A stretch of 60,141 bases of DNA, counting the filler. It is 6 parts of 6 records of this genome, joined end to end, with 100 filler letters (N's around TTAATTAATTAA, not from the genome) between each part and the next. Parts side by side here need not be neighbours in the genome. Positions count along the whole stretch, not along the records: positions 32,203 to 44,493 come from DRR723986_10973; positions 44,594 to 52,531 come from DRR723986_11040; 4 more parts are not named here. One strand, written 5' to 3'. The notes beneath the pieces were generated by a model. It searched no databases, was not told the DNA's origin, and saw only the letters and a list, made by a program, of their open reading frames with translations. Of this stretch, positions 38,210 to 49,182 are shown piece after piece (within the stretch, counting starts at the first letter, position 1; each line of letters opens with the position of its first letter). The position numbers and the translations under genes are program-made.

Positions 38210-40456
38210 TTACATCTTCAAAATGATGAACTCAGTACGTCTGTTCATTTGGTGTAACTCGTCATATTTTTTTCGATCTGAAGACTTAAATGAATTAATG
38301 TAGTCTTCTTTTAATTCAATCTCTGTTCCATCATCTAAAATGAGTTTGTTCGGCTTGTACTCTCCATAACCTTTACCATTTATTCTGTCTGGATTAGAGA
38401 TTCTCTCTTTGATATAAGCAGCAGAAGCTTTTGCTCTTCTATCTGATAAAGATTCGTTAGATTTATCAGATCCCCTTGAATCGGTATGTGAGCCCAACTC
38501 AATCTCCATTTCAGGATTTTCGTTCATCACCTTAACGATTTTATCTAACTCCAAGGCAGCATCAGGTCGAATTTTATGTTTACCTAAATCAAAGTAAATC
38601 GGATTGATGTCAATGATCTTAGATAAATCACCTCCCACCTGTATAGGCTCCAATGTTAAATCCAAAACCGAATGCACTTCATACTTACCTTCTTTATCAA
38701 ACTCTGTATTGTAAGTAACCGTTTTACCTAAGTATCCATTCGCTTCAAGAGTCAAATTATATGACCCACGATCATTTAATTTTTTCTCTTTTAATGGCTT
38801 TAAGAAATCTCCGGTTGCTGGAGTCCAATATTCTTCAGTTAAACCTGTCATGTTATCAGTTAGTTTGATATGAACGCTATCAATTGGCTCTTTGGTTTCC
38901 TTGTCAGTGATCAAAGCATATAGTGATAAACCAGGGTCTTTTTCTAATTCTAAATCTGCAATTACAACATCTTCATCCGTTGCTGTGCTCGTAGTATTTG
39001 AGCCGGGGAAATACTTCTCTTTTTCTCCACCTAAAGACCAATCTTTGTCACCAGGAACAAGGAAAGAGTATTCTCCATTTTCAGAAGTAGTCACTTTTTC
39101 AACCGGTTCACCGGCATCATCAAACAACTGAACACTTACTCCTGCCAAGATGTTTCCTTCTTTATCCTTCGCCACACCTTTGATGGTTTTGCCAAATGTG
39201 AACGGTTTTGTCATGTCGAATTTGTAGATATCGTCATCCCCTTTTCCGCCCTCTCTATTAGAAGCAAAAAATCCTGTTTGAGAGTTTTGGTCTAAAATAA
39301 ATGAAAAATCATCTCTGCTTGAATTAATTGGAGCGCCCACATTCATTACCTTTCCAAAACTACCATCCTCCTTAATTTGGGCTACAAAAACGTCTAAACC
39401 GCCCAGTCCAACTTTTCCGTTTGATGAGAACATTAAGAATTCATTAGAAGCATGAATAAAAGGAAACATTTCATTCCCTTCAGTATTGATTTTATCTCCC
39501 AAATTGACGGCTTCACCAAAAGTTCCATCCGCTTTAATTTCAGCTTTGTAAATATCAACTCCACCTAATCCGCCGGGCATATCAGAGGCAAAGAAGAGTG
39601 TCTTACCATCATCACTAATGCATGCATGTCCAACAGAATATTCTGCCGAATTAAAAGGCAATGGTTCTGGTTTTGACCATTTATCTTCAACAAATTTTGA
39701 TTGGAACAGCTTAAGTCTTGTCACACCATCTAAGGCTTTGTCTTCATAGTTGTTTCTTGTAAAAATCATGAGGTCTCCGGCTTTATTAAAAGCCACTGGC
39801 CCTTCATGAAATTTCTTGTTGATTTTCTTGTGAAAATGGGTAAGGTTAGTCAAATCATGCGCAGCTTGATCAGCAACATAAACATCTAAAAATGGTAACT
39901 CATTCCAATTCCATCTTCTATAAATAGACTTTACCCCTTCTCTGCTTGAGGCAAAGACTATTTTATCTTTATAATAAGCAGCACCAAAATCTTGTTGCTC
40001 AGAATTGACGTCTAAGTTTTTGATTACGAATTGCCCTTTATCATTTTGAAGTTTTTGATAAATACCAGCTTTGGCTACATGTTCTTTTCCTCTTGAATCT
40101 GACACATTCATTTCTGAGAATTTCGCCATCCACTCATCCGACTTTTCATAAGACTTATTCTGTCTTAAAATTGAAGCATAGCTATAAATATCATCTGCCG
40201 TGTGACCATCAGTTGTTACGATTTGGCTATACAATTCTTCAGCTTGTGCTAAATCATTTGTTCTCCAATAACTATTCGCAAGCACTCTTTTTTGGTCGAT
40301 AGTGGCCGTCCCAATTTCTTCATATTTTTCAATAGCCGCATTCCATGAAAACCCTTCGTAGGCTTTAATTGCTTTCTTTTCTTTTCCTCCAGTTTCTTGA
40401 GCAAAGGTTAAACTTGCTAAACTGAAAATAACTGCTGATAATAAACTCTTTTTCAT
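38210..40456 (-). CDS. PorE-like protein: TPR + PD40 beta-propeller + carboxypeptidase-regulatory-like + OmpA_C
   Basis: FASDMPGG.GG.DIY, INTEGNEMFP, SHTDSRG, LSDRRA and NRRTEF motifs. Confidence 0.9.
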   Translation of the reverse strand: MKKSLLSAVIFSLASLTFAQETGGKEKKAIKAYEGFSWNAAIEKYEEIGTATIDQKRVLANSYWRTNDLAQAEELYSQIVTTDGHTADDIYSYASILRQNKSYEKSDEWMAKFSEMNVSDSRGKEHVAKAGIYQKLQNDKGQFVIKNLDVNSEQQDFGAAYYKDKIVFASSREGVKSIYRRWNWNELPFLDVYVADQAAHDLTNLTHFHKKINKKFHEGPVAFNKAGDLMIFTRNNYEDKALDGVTRLKLFQSKFVEDKWSKPEPLPFNSAEYSVGHACISDDGKTLFFASDMPGGLGGVDIYKAEIKADGTFGEAVNLGDKINTEGNEMFPFIHASNEFLMFSSNGKVGLGGLDVFVAQIKEDGSFGKVMNVGAPINSSRDDFSFILDQNSQTGFFASNREGGKGDDDIYKFDMTKPFTFGKTIKGVAKDKEGNILAGVSVQLFDDAGEPVEKVTTSENGEYSFLVPGDKDWSLGGEKEKYFPGSNTTSTATDEDVVIADLELEKDPGLSLYALITDKETKEPIDSVHIKLTDNMTGLTEEYWTPATGDFLKPLKEKKLNDRGSYNLTLEANGYLGKTVTYNTEFDKEGKYEVHSVLDLTLEPIQVGGDLSKIIDINPIYFDLGKHKIRPDAALELDKIVKVMNENPEMEIELGSHTDSRGSDKSNESLSDRRAKASAAYIKERISNPDRINGKGYGEYKPNKLILDDGTEIELKEDYINSFKSSDRKKYDELHQMNRRTEFIILKM

Positions 40457-40482
40457 CTGTCTTTTATATCTCTTTGCTGTTA

Positions 40483-41412
40483 TTAAAAATATCTAGGTGA
40501 AAGGATTTTCTTTTTATCCTTGAACACGAAGTCGTATCTCAACATGATTTCGTGTGAACCTGCATTGTATTTTCCTGTATTTAATCCGTAAGACCAATCA
40601 AAAGAATAGCCTAACGAAAATTGAGGTGTAAAGTTGATTCCAGCTAATACTCCGATTGCGTCACCCGTTCTGAACATTGGACCAGCCCAGAATTTTTGAT
40701 TGTAGTAAAACAATGCAGTAACATCAAGTTCAACTGGTGCACCTGCCGTTACCTTGAAGAATGTTGTTGGCTTCAATTGTAGTTTTGCATCTTTGGTTAA
40801 GTCAAACATTGCTCCTGCAATAAAGAAGTAGTGTCTTGCCTCTGACGCCACTGATCCAGAAGTGGAGTTGGTTGCAAAATCATTTTCCAATAATCTTGGC
40901 GTTGACAATCCAACATAGAAACGTGGTAATTGGTAATAGATACCTGCACCAAAATTTGGTAAAAACTGACTTTGTACGTTTTGAGCAAAACTCTGGTCTC
41001 CTGCTTCAGTCGTGGTTAAATCAGCAACATTACTTGCCAAAATGCTTGTTCCTCCCTTAATACCAAATGCCAATTTACCCTTATCTCCTACTCTAATTCT
41101 ATAGGCAAAATCAATGTAAATACCGGTATTTCTAGTTGGACCAATTTTGTCATGCAAAAACGAAAGTCCAACTCCCATTTTATCATTTGCAATGGGCATA
41201 TGCGCCGTCACAGTTTGTGTGATTGGTGCACCCGGAAAGGACACCCATTGGCTTCTGTGCAAAGCCAGAACTGTTAAAGCATCTCTAGATCCTGCATAGG
41301 CTGGATTTACACCTAAGGTGTTGAAAGAGTAATGCGTAAACATGGCGTCTTGCTGTGCGTTCGCTCCCAAACTACTCAAGATTACCGTTGCGATTAATAC
41401 TAACTTTTTCAT
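40483..41412 (-). CDS. porP: T9SS PorP/SprF family membrane protein
   Basis: QQDAMFTHY, NPAYAG, RSQWV...AP, GSHEI and SPRYF motifs. Confidence 0.92.
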   Translation of the reverse strand: MKKLVLIATVILSSLGANAQQDAMFTHYSFNTLGVNPAYAGSRDALTVLALHRSQWVSFPGAPITQTVTAHMPIANDKMGVGLSFLHDKIGPTRNTGIYIDFAYRIRVGDKGKLAFGIKGGTSILASNVADLTTTEAGDQSFAQNVQSQFLPNFGAGIYYQLPRFYVGLSTPRLLENDFATNSTSGSVASEARHYFFIAGAMFDLTKDAKLQLKPTTFFKVTAGAPVELDVTALFYYNQKFWAGPMFRTGDAIGVLAGINFTPQFSLGYSFDWSYGLNTGKYNAGSHEIMLRYDFVFKDKKKILSPRYF

Positions 41413-41432
41413 AATTCTTTATTTTAAAAGTT

Positions 41433-41476
41433 GGAGAAGCTGCACTTCGACAGGCTCAGTGTGACTCAGCTTCTCC
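41433..41476. repeat. Hairpin enclosing a Bacteroidota REP-like motif
   Basis: GGAGAAGCTG/CAGCTTCTCC stem around CACTTCGACAGGCTCAGTGTGAC. Confidence 0.6.
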
Positions 41477-41489
41477 TAGTTTTATTTTA

Positions 41490-44400
41490 CTATTTAGTTA
41501 AATAGATGTATCCTTTAATTACTTCACTTCCGTCTCCTAAGTCTAGCACATAGAAATATGTTCCTGTTGGCAATGCACGTGACTTAGTAGTCATACCGAA
41601 TAGGTTGTTACCGTCCCAATCGTTTGCATAGCCGTTCGTTGACTCGTAGACTTTATTACCCCATCTATTGTAGATAGTGATACTTGCATCTGGATATGAT
41701 GTGATTCCTTTGATCACGAATAGATCATTCACATTGTCTCCATTTGGCGAGAATCCTTCTGGAATCTCTAAGCCGCATGCATCCGCATCTAAGTAATCTG
41801 GTGTTCCGTCCTCATCACAATCGTCATATCCAGGAACATCATCTTCATCCAACTCATCCATAGTTAAGATGCCATCATTGTCATCATCTATGTCTTGATA
41901 ATCTGGAATTCCGTCTCCGTCTGTATCGTCTGGTCCTTGACCGTCTCCGTTCGGATCATTTTCATCTATATCTGGAACTCCGTCATTATCTGAATCATCA
42001 TCTTGGAAGTCTGGTATTCCGTCTCCGTCTGTATCTGGAGGTGTTAATCCACCGTTATCATCCAACCCGTCTCCGTCATTGTCTGTGAAGTTGTCAACCA
42101 TTCCATCACCATCTGTATCGGTTCCTCCACCTTCGTCAATGTCGTTGATACCGTCATTATCTGAATCTAATTCATCATGATCAGGAATACCATCTCCATC
42201 AGTATCAGTTGGGTCGGTAGTTTGATTGTTATCATCCCATCCGTCTCCATCTGTATCGGTGAAATTGTCAATGATTCCATCACCATCTGCATCTGGTTTA
42301 CCATTTTCATTTGCATCTGTGATACCGTCATTATCCGTATCAAGATCTTCATGATCTGGAACACCATCACCATCAACATCATCTAAACCGTCAGTCATGT
42401 TATTATCGTCAGCACCATCACCATCTACATCTGTGAAGTTGTCAACCATACCATCTCCGTCTGCATCAGTACCACCATCTTCAATGATATCTGGCGTACC
42501 GTCATTGTCAGAGTCGAGGTCTAGATAATCCATAATGCCGTCTCCATCTGTATCTTCATCTCCACCAGTTGCGTCATCATTATCCCATCCATCTCCATCA
42601 GGATCTTCATCAAATAAATCATCAATTCCATCTCCGTCTGTGTCTGTTCCACCGGTAAAGTCAACATCAACTGAATCGTCAATTCCATCACCATCTGTAT
42701 CTGTTCCACCAGTCTCATCTACATCTGCGTAGTCTGGGATGTAATCTCCATCTGAATCTAACCAATCATCAACATGACCATCATTGTCTGCATCTACTCC
42801 ACCGTCTTCAACGATATCATAGATTCCATCATTGTCTGAATCAACATCCTGGAAGTTGCTGTTTCCGTCTCCATCAGTATCTGGATTTGGAATATCTGTT
42901 CCACCATTGTTAGAATCGTAAGCGTCATCTAATCCATTATTGTCCGTATCGTTAATTAATGTTCCATCAGGGTTTAAATCATCAACCTGACCATCATTGT
43001 TGGCATCTGTGCCTCCAGCTTCAACGATATCTGCGATACCATCATTATCAGCATCTAGATCCCAGATATCTGGAATACCATCACCATCTGTGTCTGTTGG
43101 ATTTGTATAAGGGTTACCATCTCCGTCAGCATCTAGATCTTCGATCAAATCAGGAATACCATCATTGTCGTCATCTAAATCAACGTAATCAGATATCCCG
43201 TCTCCATCTGTATCCAACTCTCTCCAGTCAAGATCTCCTATACCAGGAGCATCTGCATCTGCAAACACACCATCAGTCACTGGGTCTACAGTTCCGTTTC
43301 CAGCATTTGTTCCCGCTGTTCCTGAACCAAGTACAATAGTATCAAATCCATCATCTAAACCGTCCATATCTGAATCTGTTCCGGTTGGACCTGTTTCTGT
43401 ACCATCAATGATTCCATTTCCGTTTGTATCATGACCTTCTAATAGATCTGACTCACCGTCATTATCTGAATCTAGGTCCAAGTAATCCGGAGTTGTATCA
43501 AAATCAGTATCAATAGGGATGACGATATTTCCTGTATTATCAGGATCGTATTCATCATCTAAACCGTCACCATCAGAATCAACTCCACTTGGAGGATTAT
43601 AACCTGCGGTTGTCTGACCTTCAACGTTATCAATTATTCCATCATTATCGGCATCAATGTCTAAGTAATCAGCACCTTGTGAGTTATCCGTATTTGGAAC
43701 TGGAAGTGATGTACCGCCATCTCCAACACCTGGAACCGTATTATCATCTGTATCAACAAGATCAGAGAACCCATCTCCATCAACATCCGCATAATTATCT
43801 AATCTTCCATCTCCGTCTGCATCTACACCACCCGCTTCATTTGCATCTGTAATACCATCATTATCAGAATCAACATCTAAGCTGTTTGGAATTCCATCCA
43901 TATCAAAGTCGCCTCCAGGTAATGGAGTTCCTCCATCATTTGTTCCTGGAATGGTATTGTCATCAGAGTCAGCCACATCATTATAACCATCTCCATCAAC
44001 ATCTACGAATCCATCTAAGACACCATCTCCATTAGCGTCTGCCCCACCATTCTCAACAACATCAGGAATTCCGTCATTGTCAGAGTCTAGGTCATGTACA
44101 TCATTAACACCATCATTATCTGTATCTGGATTTGGTAGTGAAGTACCACCATCACCAGGACCAGGAGTGTTATTATTATCTGTATCAACAACATCTGCAA
44201 ATCCATCATCATCAGCATCTGTGAAACCGTCAATAACACCATCTCCGTCAACATCAGTTCCACCAGCTTCAACTACATCAGGAGTTCCATCATTATCAGA
44301 ATCTAAATCAACAACATCATTCACTCCATCACCATCTGTATCAGGGTTAGGAAGTGGATTAGCTGCGATATTATCATCTAAACCGTCATTATTTGTATCG

Positions 44401-44492
44401 GTAAATCCATCAACTATTCCGTCTCCGTCAGTATCTGTACCTCCAGCTTCAACGATATCAGGAATACCATCATTATCTGAATCAAGGTCTAA
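41490..44492 (-). CDS. Asp-rich thrombospondin-type-3-like repeat protein with gliding-motility (T9SS type B) CTD, 5'-truncated
   Basis: Many DxDxDG(I/V)PD repeats; IPEGFSPNGD..ND, IYNRWG and LPTGTYFY motifs. Confidence 0.92.
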   Translation of the reverse strand, partial: LDLDSDNDGIPDIVEAGGTDTDGDGIVDGFTDTNNDGLDDNIAANPLPNPDTDGDGVNDVVDLDSDNDGTPDVVEAGGTDVDGDGVIDGFTDADDDGFADVVDTDNNNTPGPGDGGTSLPNPDTDNDGVNDVHDLDSDNDGIPDVVENGGADANGDGVLDGFVDVDGDGYNDVADSDDNTIPGTNDGGTPLPGGDFDMDGIPNSLDVDSDNDGITDANEAGGVDADGDGRLDNYADVDGDGFSDLVDTDDNTVPGVGDGGTSLPVPNTDNSQGADYLDIDADNDGIIDNVEGQTTAGYNPPSGVDSDGDGLDDEYDPDNTGNIVIPIDTDFDTTPDYLDLDSDNDGESDLLEGHDTNGNGIIDGTETGPTGTDSDMDGLDDGFDTIVLGSGTAGTNAGNGTVDPVTDGVFADADAPGIGDLDWRELDTDGDGISDYVDLDDDNDGIPDLIEDLDADGDGNPYTNPTDTDGDGIPDIWDLDADNDGIADIVEAGGTDANNDGQVDDLNPDGTLINDTDNNGLDDAYDSNNGGTDIPNPDTDGDGNSNFQDVDSDNDGIYDIVEDGGVDADNDGHVDDWLDSDGDYIPDYADVDETGGTDTDGDGIDDSVDVDFTGGTDTDGDGIDDLFDEDPDGDGWDNDDATGGDEDTDGDGIMDYLDLDSDNDGTPDIIEDGGTDADGDGMVDNFTDVDGDGADDNNMTDGLDDVDGDGVPDHEDLDTDNDGITDANENGKPDADGDGIIDNFTDTDGDGWDDNNQTTDPTDTDGDGIPDHDELDSDNDGINDIDEGGGTDTDGDGMVDNFTDNDGDGLDDNGGLTPPDTDGDGIPDFQDDDSDNDGVPDIDENDPNGDGQGPDDTDGDGIPDYQDIDDDNDGILTMDELDEDDVPGYDDCDEDGTPDYLDADACGLEIPEGFSPNGDNVNDLFVIKGITSYPDASITIYNRWGNKVYESTNGYANDWDGNNLFGMTTKSRALPTGTYFYVLDLGDGSEVIKGYIYLTK

Positions 44493-44493
44493 T

Positions 44494-44593
44494 NNNNNNN
44501 NNNNNNNNNNNNNNNNNNNNNNNNNNNNNNNNNNNNNTTAATTAATTAANNNNNNNNNNNNNNNNNNNNNNNNNNNNNNNNNNNNNNNNNNNN
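44494..44593. other. Artificial contig linker
   Basis: N run with TTAATTAATTAA. Confidence 0.99.
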
Positions 44594-45314
44594 CCGGGTT
44601 ATTTCGGGTGGATTTCACGTGAATTCTTTTCAGGCGATTCATGTCAGTGTTTTTGATCACTTCTACAGGATCGGTATGCTGCCAAACGTCGTGAGAGGGA
44701 TCGTAGATTTCCCCATGATTGGACTCGGGGATTAAATCATACATGATTTTCCTCGCTGCCAAAAGTCCCGTCAGGTTATTGAATGTGCCGAAATGCCCTG
44801 AACTTCTCCAGCCTTCCATGGGGCAGTTTTCATAGAGAACTGTCACTCCAAGGCTATTAGCATAGCGGATTATTGGACCAAAAATTCGCTGATATTCCAA
44901 CAGATTTTTCTCAAACCCACCTTCTTGATTTCCGAGTTCGTGATTGTAACCGACGAATGTTCCAACTTTCACGTCGTTCTCATCCCCGCCAAGCAGGTAA
45001 GCCATTCGAATCAATCTCAATAGATGGTTTTGATTCTTAACTCGCTCCGCAGGATCTCCACCGATTAGATTATCAAAAGCGCCAATAGAAAGGCGAAGTT
45101 TCGCTCCATTGAATCTTTCAATCAGTTTATTGGCTTCTTCAGGTCCAAAATTCTCATAATCTAAGTGAGTAGCGACGAAATCATCACGTGTTCCATCTTT
45201 TCTGAAAACGCATAAGTCAAGGCCTTGTACGCCTATTTCTGTTGCTTTTTCTATCGTCTGATCTAAGTTGAGTTGATCAAAAGCAGAAGTCATGATCCAG
45301 ATTGGATTTGCCAT
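44594..45314 (-). CDS. Sugar phosphate isomerase/epimerase (xylose-isomerase-like TIM barrel), 3'-truncated
   Basis: ENCPMEGW, YDPSH and IHVK motifs. Confidence 0.85.
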
Positions 45315-45416
45315 TTTGGGAGTGTTTTGAGAGGCTTAAAAAAAGGAAATAACCGAAGCTTTGGAAAAGAGCAGGGTTATTTCCTTAAGGTAAGTAGTGA
45401 TTTGATAAGTAGTAGT

Positions 45417-45887
45417 TTAATGAACAAATGTCACCACCAATTTTTGAGTAATTCCTGAAAGTGAAACATTTTGGGAAACCACAAGCTCATTTGCTGATAC
45501 GCTTTCTACTATCATATTCCCTTCGGCGCCAGGTACTTCAATGATCTCAGTATCGACTAGTAGAATTTTAGTGGATTCGTTATAATCCCATATAAAATTC
45601 ACCGTTTGCGGCTCCGTTTGACTGCACTTGGTAGGACCTGCATCTAATACGCCAAGTTTGACGGCGGTTTCATAATTAAAAGTTACCTCGTTGTCTTGCA
45701 GGCAGGGGTCTATTTGAGAGATTACATTAAAGCTACCTACTTTGGCAGTGCTCAGTTTCCAGGAAATTCCAGAGCCGATAAGCTCAGCATCGGATTTTGA
45801 GGGATTGGGATCATCATCACTGCAAGATATTAGAGTTGCCAAAATGGCTAATGGTAGTAGAAAATTGAATTTGACTAGTGACTTCAT
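45417..45887 (-). CDS. Lipocalin-like lipoprotein
   Basis: Lipobox LISC followed by SDDD; W.L and C..D...C pattern. Confidence 0.7.
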   Translation of the reverse strand: MKSLVKFNFLLPLAILATLISCSDDDPNPSKSDAELIGSGISWKLSTAKVGSFNVISQIDPCLQDNEVTFNYETAVKLGVLDAGPTKCSQTEPQTVNFIWDYNESTKILLVDTEIIEVPGAEGNMIVESVSANELVVSQNVSLSGITQKLVVTFVH

Positions 45888-45965
45888 AAGGAAAAATTAA
45901 TAGAAAGAGAAAGTCTAAAAGTAAGAAAAAATACCTTTTATAAGCCTAATCCGTGATTAATAGGC

Positions 45966-46274
45966 TTATTCGTTCGATGAATATTGTTTTCTTATCACCA
46001 CTTTTTGCTGTTGTCTCACCCAAAGTGCTTTTGCTAAATCTGTCGCCACTTCATCTGGTTCTGATTCATGAAGAATTCTTTTGAGCTTTTCCTCTCCCAA
46101 ATCAACTCTGTAACAAATCTGAATTAAACGCTCAAATTCCCGGTCGAGCATGTAGGAAATCACCTTGGATAGTATGCTAATGGCTTTTTCCTCATCTAAT
46201 GCCTCAGCTTTCTCTGGAAAGTCAAAATCTTTGCGAAGCAATAAAAAGGTTTCTTGGGATAAGGATTCGCTCAT
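45966..46274 (-). CDS. Conserved hypothetical protein
   Basis: 102 aa; DFERL.Q..YRVD..E pattern. Confidence 0.75.
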   Translation of the reverse strand: MSESLSQETFLLLRKDFDFPEKAEALDEEKAISILSKVISYMLDREFERLIQICYRVDLGEEKLKRILHESEPDEVATDLAKALWVRQQQKVVIRKQYSSNE

Positions 46275-46283
46275 GATAGTGCC

Positions 46284-46310
46284 AAAAAAGCCCCGAGGTG
46301 AATCGGGGCT
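46284..46310 (-). terminator. Intrinsic terminator
   Basis: AGCCCCGA stem followed by a T-tract on the minus strand. Confidence 0.75.
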
Positions 46311-46316
46311 GTAATA

Positions 46317-46805
46317 TTATTCTTTAGATTTTTGGTTAGCCTTAGCCTTAGGTTTTTCCTCTTTAGCTTTTTCCTCCACTTCAGGAGCTTTTTCAACAGT
46401 TTCCTCTGCTTTTACCAAAACTTCCGGTGCTTGTGTTCGGAGTAATTTGTACCAAGTGATCAATTTCTTGATATCAGAAGTATATACTCTCGCTTCGTCA
46501 ACCTCTGGAAGGACATGCTTCATAAATGCTCTTAGCTCAGCATCATCAGGATTTGCATCCAAACCAAGATCGCCTTGGAATTCAGCTTCTATCTTCTGCA
46601 TCACAGATTCTAGCGGCTCAGCGCCCTCTTCTGTCAAGGTATAAATAGAAATATCGCTTAGAATAGACACACGCTGGGACATGCCGGCAACGAGTTTAGT
46701 TTTCTTCGCATCCATACTTTCCAGGATCACTCCTGTGCGTGAAGGCTTCAAAACTTTGAACAAACCGGGTTTACCGGCTACGGTGGCAAGATCTTTAAAA
46801 TTCAT
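46317..46805 (-). CDS. DUF5606 domain protein
   Basis: GKPGLF, L.DISIYT and RVY.SDIKKL..WY motifs. Confidence 0.85.
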   Translation of the reverse strand: MNFKDLATVAGKPGLFKVLKPSRTGVILESMDAKKTKLVAGMSQRVSILSDISIYTLTEEGAEPLESVMQKIEAEFQGDLGLDANPDDAELRAFMKHVLPEVDEARVYTSDIKKLITWYKLLRTQAPEVLVKAEETVEKAPEVEEKAKEEKPKAKANQKSKE

Positions 46806-46854
46806 TTGGTTTATTTTTTCGAGGCTGCAAATATAGGATTATCAATTAAATGAT

Positions 46855-47457
46855 TCACCTAGCTTCATATTCTGTTACTAGTTCTTCCATAAACTTTGTC
46901 AGTTCAACTTTGCCGGTGCTAGCTTCTGCACTGGTGACAAAGTAGTCTGGATTCTCACCGAACATCTCTCTGGTTTTCTTCAAAAACTTCTGGATGTTTT
47001 GATCAGTTTTTGACTTGGACTGCTTGTCTGCTTTAGTGAAAACCAGGGCAGTTGGCACTTCCTGTGAGCCGCACCAAAGCAAAAACTCCAAATCAATCTG
47101 CTGAGGTTCAAGGCGGCTATCTATTAGGACAAAAACGCCACAAAGATTTTCTCTTTTTGTAAGGTAGGTAGTAATCATACTTTCCCAGCCTTGCTTTACT
47201 TTCAAGTTGACTTTGGCGAAGCCATAGCCTGGAAGATCAACAAGGTACCACTTATCATTGATCATGAAGTGGTTGATGAGCTGGGTTTTACCTGGTTTTT
47301 GTGAGGTTTTTGCCAGTCCTTTTTGGTTGACGAGCATATTGATCAGTGAACTTTTGCCCACATTGGATCTTCCGATAAAAGCAATCTCCGCTCGGTCAGG
47401 CTTTGGACAATTACCGGGATTCGAATTACTGATTACAAAGGTGGCTTTCTGGATCAT
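46855..47457 (-). CDS. engB: Ribosome biogenesis GTPase YihA/YsxC
   Basis: [19 protein letters not shown] and TKAD motifs; ATG 47457. Confidence 0.95.
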   Translation of the reverse strand: MIQKATFVISNSNPGNCPKPDRAEIAFIGRSNVGKSSLINMLVNQKGLAKTSQKPGKTQLINHFMINDKWYLVDLPGYGFAKVNLKVKQGWESMITTYLTKRENLCGVFVLIDSRLEPQQIDLEFLLWCGSQEVPTALVFTKADKQSKSKTDQNIQKFLKKTREMFGENPDYFVTSAEASTGKVELTKFMEELVTEYEAR

Positions 47458-47580
47458 CTGCAAGTATTTGAGTGCAAAAGTACGACAATATCCGAAAAGG
47501 GCAGGATGAAAGCGAAGTGGAACAATTTTCCTTTCCTCGTGTTTCTTGCCTATTATTGTCCTTTCAAAGATAGAATTCAG

Positions 47581-48303
47581 ATGGCCGTAGTACCTTATAA
47601 AGACAAGCAAGATTCCAAAAAAGATCAGGTAGCTGAGATGTTCAATAACATTTCTGGCAAATATGATTTGCTCAATCACGTGCTCAGCATGGGAATTGAT
47701 ATCACTTGGAGAAAAAAAGCAATTAAATATCTGAAAGATGATCAGCCCAAGTTAATCTTGGATATTGCTACTGGGACAGGAGATTTTGCGATTGAAGCAC
47801 TCTCTTTGAACCCTGATAAGATCATCGGAGTGGATATTTCCGAAGGTATGCTTGAGGAAGGACGCAAAAAAATGAAGAAAAAAGGGCTAGAGGATAAGAT
47901 TGAGCTTCAGCTCGGCGATTCCGAAGGGTTACTTTTTGAAGATAATAAGTTTGATGCAGTCATCGTTTCTTTTGGAGTTAGGAACTTTGAGAATCTGGAG
48001 AAAGGTCTTGCAGACATGTATCGTGTCCTGAAGCCTGGCGGCAAAGTGGTGATATTGGAATTTAGCAAACCAACAAAAGCGCCTATGAAGCAGGCTTACG
48101 CATTTTATTCCAAAGCTATCCTTCCTCAGATTGGCAAGATTGTATCCAAAGACAATTCTGCTTATACTTATCTTCCTGAGTCAGTACAGGCCTTTCCGGA
48201 CGGGATGGATTTTCTGAGAATTATGAATAATGTCGGATTCACAAGTAACCTATGCAAACCACTCACATTTGGTATAAGCTCAATCTACGTAGGTACAAAA
48301 TAG
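47581..48303 (+). CDS. ubiE: Demethylmenaquinone methyltransferase UbiE/MenG
   Basis: [23 protein letters not shown] and RVLKPGG motifs; ATG 47581. Confidence 0.95.
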   Translation: MAVVPYKDKQDSKKDQVAEMFNNISGKYDLLNHVLSMGIDITWRKKAIKYLKDDQPKLILDIATGTGDFAIEALSLNPDKIIGVDISEGMLEEGRKKMKKKGLEDKIELQLGDSEGLLFEDNKFDAVIVSFGVRNFENLEKGLADMYRVLKPGGKVVILEFSKPTKAPMKQAYAFYSKAILPQIGKIVSKDNSAYTYLPESVQAFPDGMDFLRIMNNVGFTSNLCKPLTFGISSIYVGTK

Positions 48304-49058
48304 TCTTACTGGGTTTAGTGTTTTTCTTGGCGGCGATTCCAACGTTTGGGCAAGGTATGTTTGGCTTGACTTCGGCTTCTGCCTCAGACAACCGGCCACT
48401 TTCTTACGGATTCTTTTTGGCAGCTCATAATAGCACGCTTCAAATCAAGTATACAGATGAATTTATGAATGCCTCTTCTACCGATCCTATGTCTGGCGTT
48501 AGAAGTATTCAAACTAAATTTTCCCCAGGATTCTCCCTTGGATTTATAGGGATTTTAAGATTTCATGATCAGGTTTCATTGATGTTTACCCCGAAAGTTG
48601 GCTTCTATGAATACAAAACTGCAGTGACCTATTTCAATGACCAGATCGATACTGAATTAATCGGAGGAGATGTGGTAATTAGTGAAGAAAATCTTGGGGA
48701 AGTCATAGAATATAGCTCAGAAGCGACAATGGTAGAACTGCCACTTTTGTTTAAATACAGATCGGTTAGATGGAATAATACGAGGATGTATTGGGTAGGT
48801 GGAGCGAGCTATCAGTTTCGTACCAAAGGTCAGGATGAAGCCAATGTAGACGATATCGTGATGACTGGCCAGGACTTTTCTATAGAAGCAGGGATGGGGT
48901 TTGAGATCTATTTCAAATACTTCAAATTCGCGCCCGAGATTCGCTTTTCACATGGTCTGATGAATGCTTACCAGGCTGAAAATACGCGTCCCGAACTTCG
49001 AAACGCAATTGAATCTATCAAAAGAAAGTCAATTACGCTTTATTTGAATTTTCAATGA
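48252..49058 (+). CDS. porT: T9SS outer-membrane beta-barrel PorT/SprT
   Basis: [15 protein letters not shown] and [13 protein letters not shown] motifs; downstream of ubiE. Confidence 0.8.
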   Translation: MQTTHIWYKLNLRRYKIVLLGLVFFLAAIPTFGQGMFGLTSASASDNRPLSYGFFLAAHNSTLQIKYTDEFMNASSTDPMSGVRSIQTKFSPGFSLGFIGILRFHDQVSLMFTPKVGFYEYKTAVTYFNDQIDTELIGGDVVISEENLGEVIEYSSEATMVELPLLFKYRSVRWNNTRMYWVGGASYQFRTKGQDEANVDDIVMTGQDFSIEAGMGFEIYFKYFKFAPEIRFSHGLMNAYQAENTRPELRNAIESIKRKSITLYLNFQ

Positions 49059-49182
49059 GATATTGAAAAATAGGAATATTCCAAAATTGTAAGATTTGGT
49101 AATAGCTAGTTTGAGGTGAACCATTTGAAATTGGACATTGATCATTGAGAGTTGTCCATTGATTATTTTTTATCTTGCCTTC

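Noticed and set aside
41490-44492. Repetitive DNA as an array or ncRNA, and the antisense Ser/Pro-rich ORFs
   Set aside because: Fully explained by Asp-rich protein repeats on the minus strand
47458-47679. Apparent head-to-head overlap of engB and ubiE
   Set aside because: Caused by over-extended starts; likely starts 47457 and 47581 do not overlap
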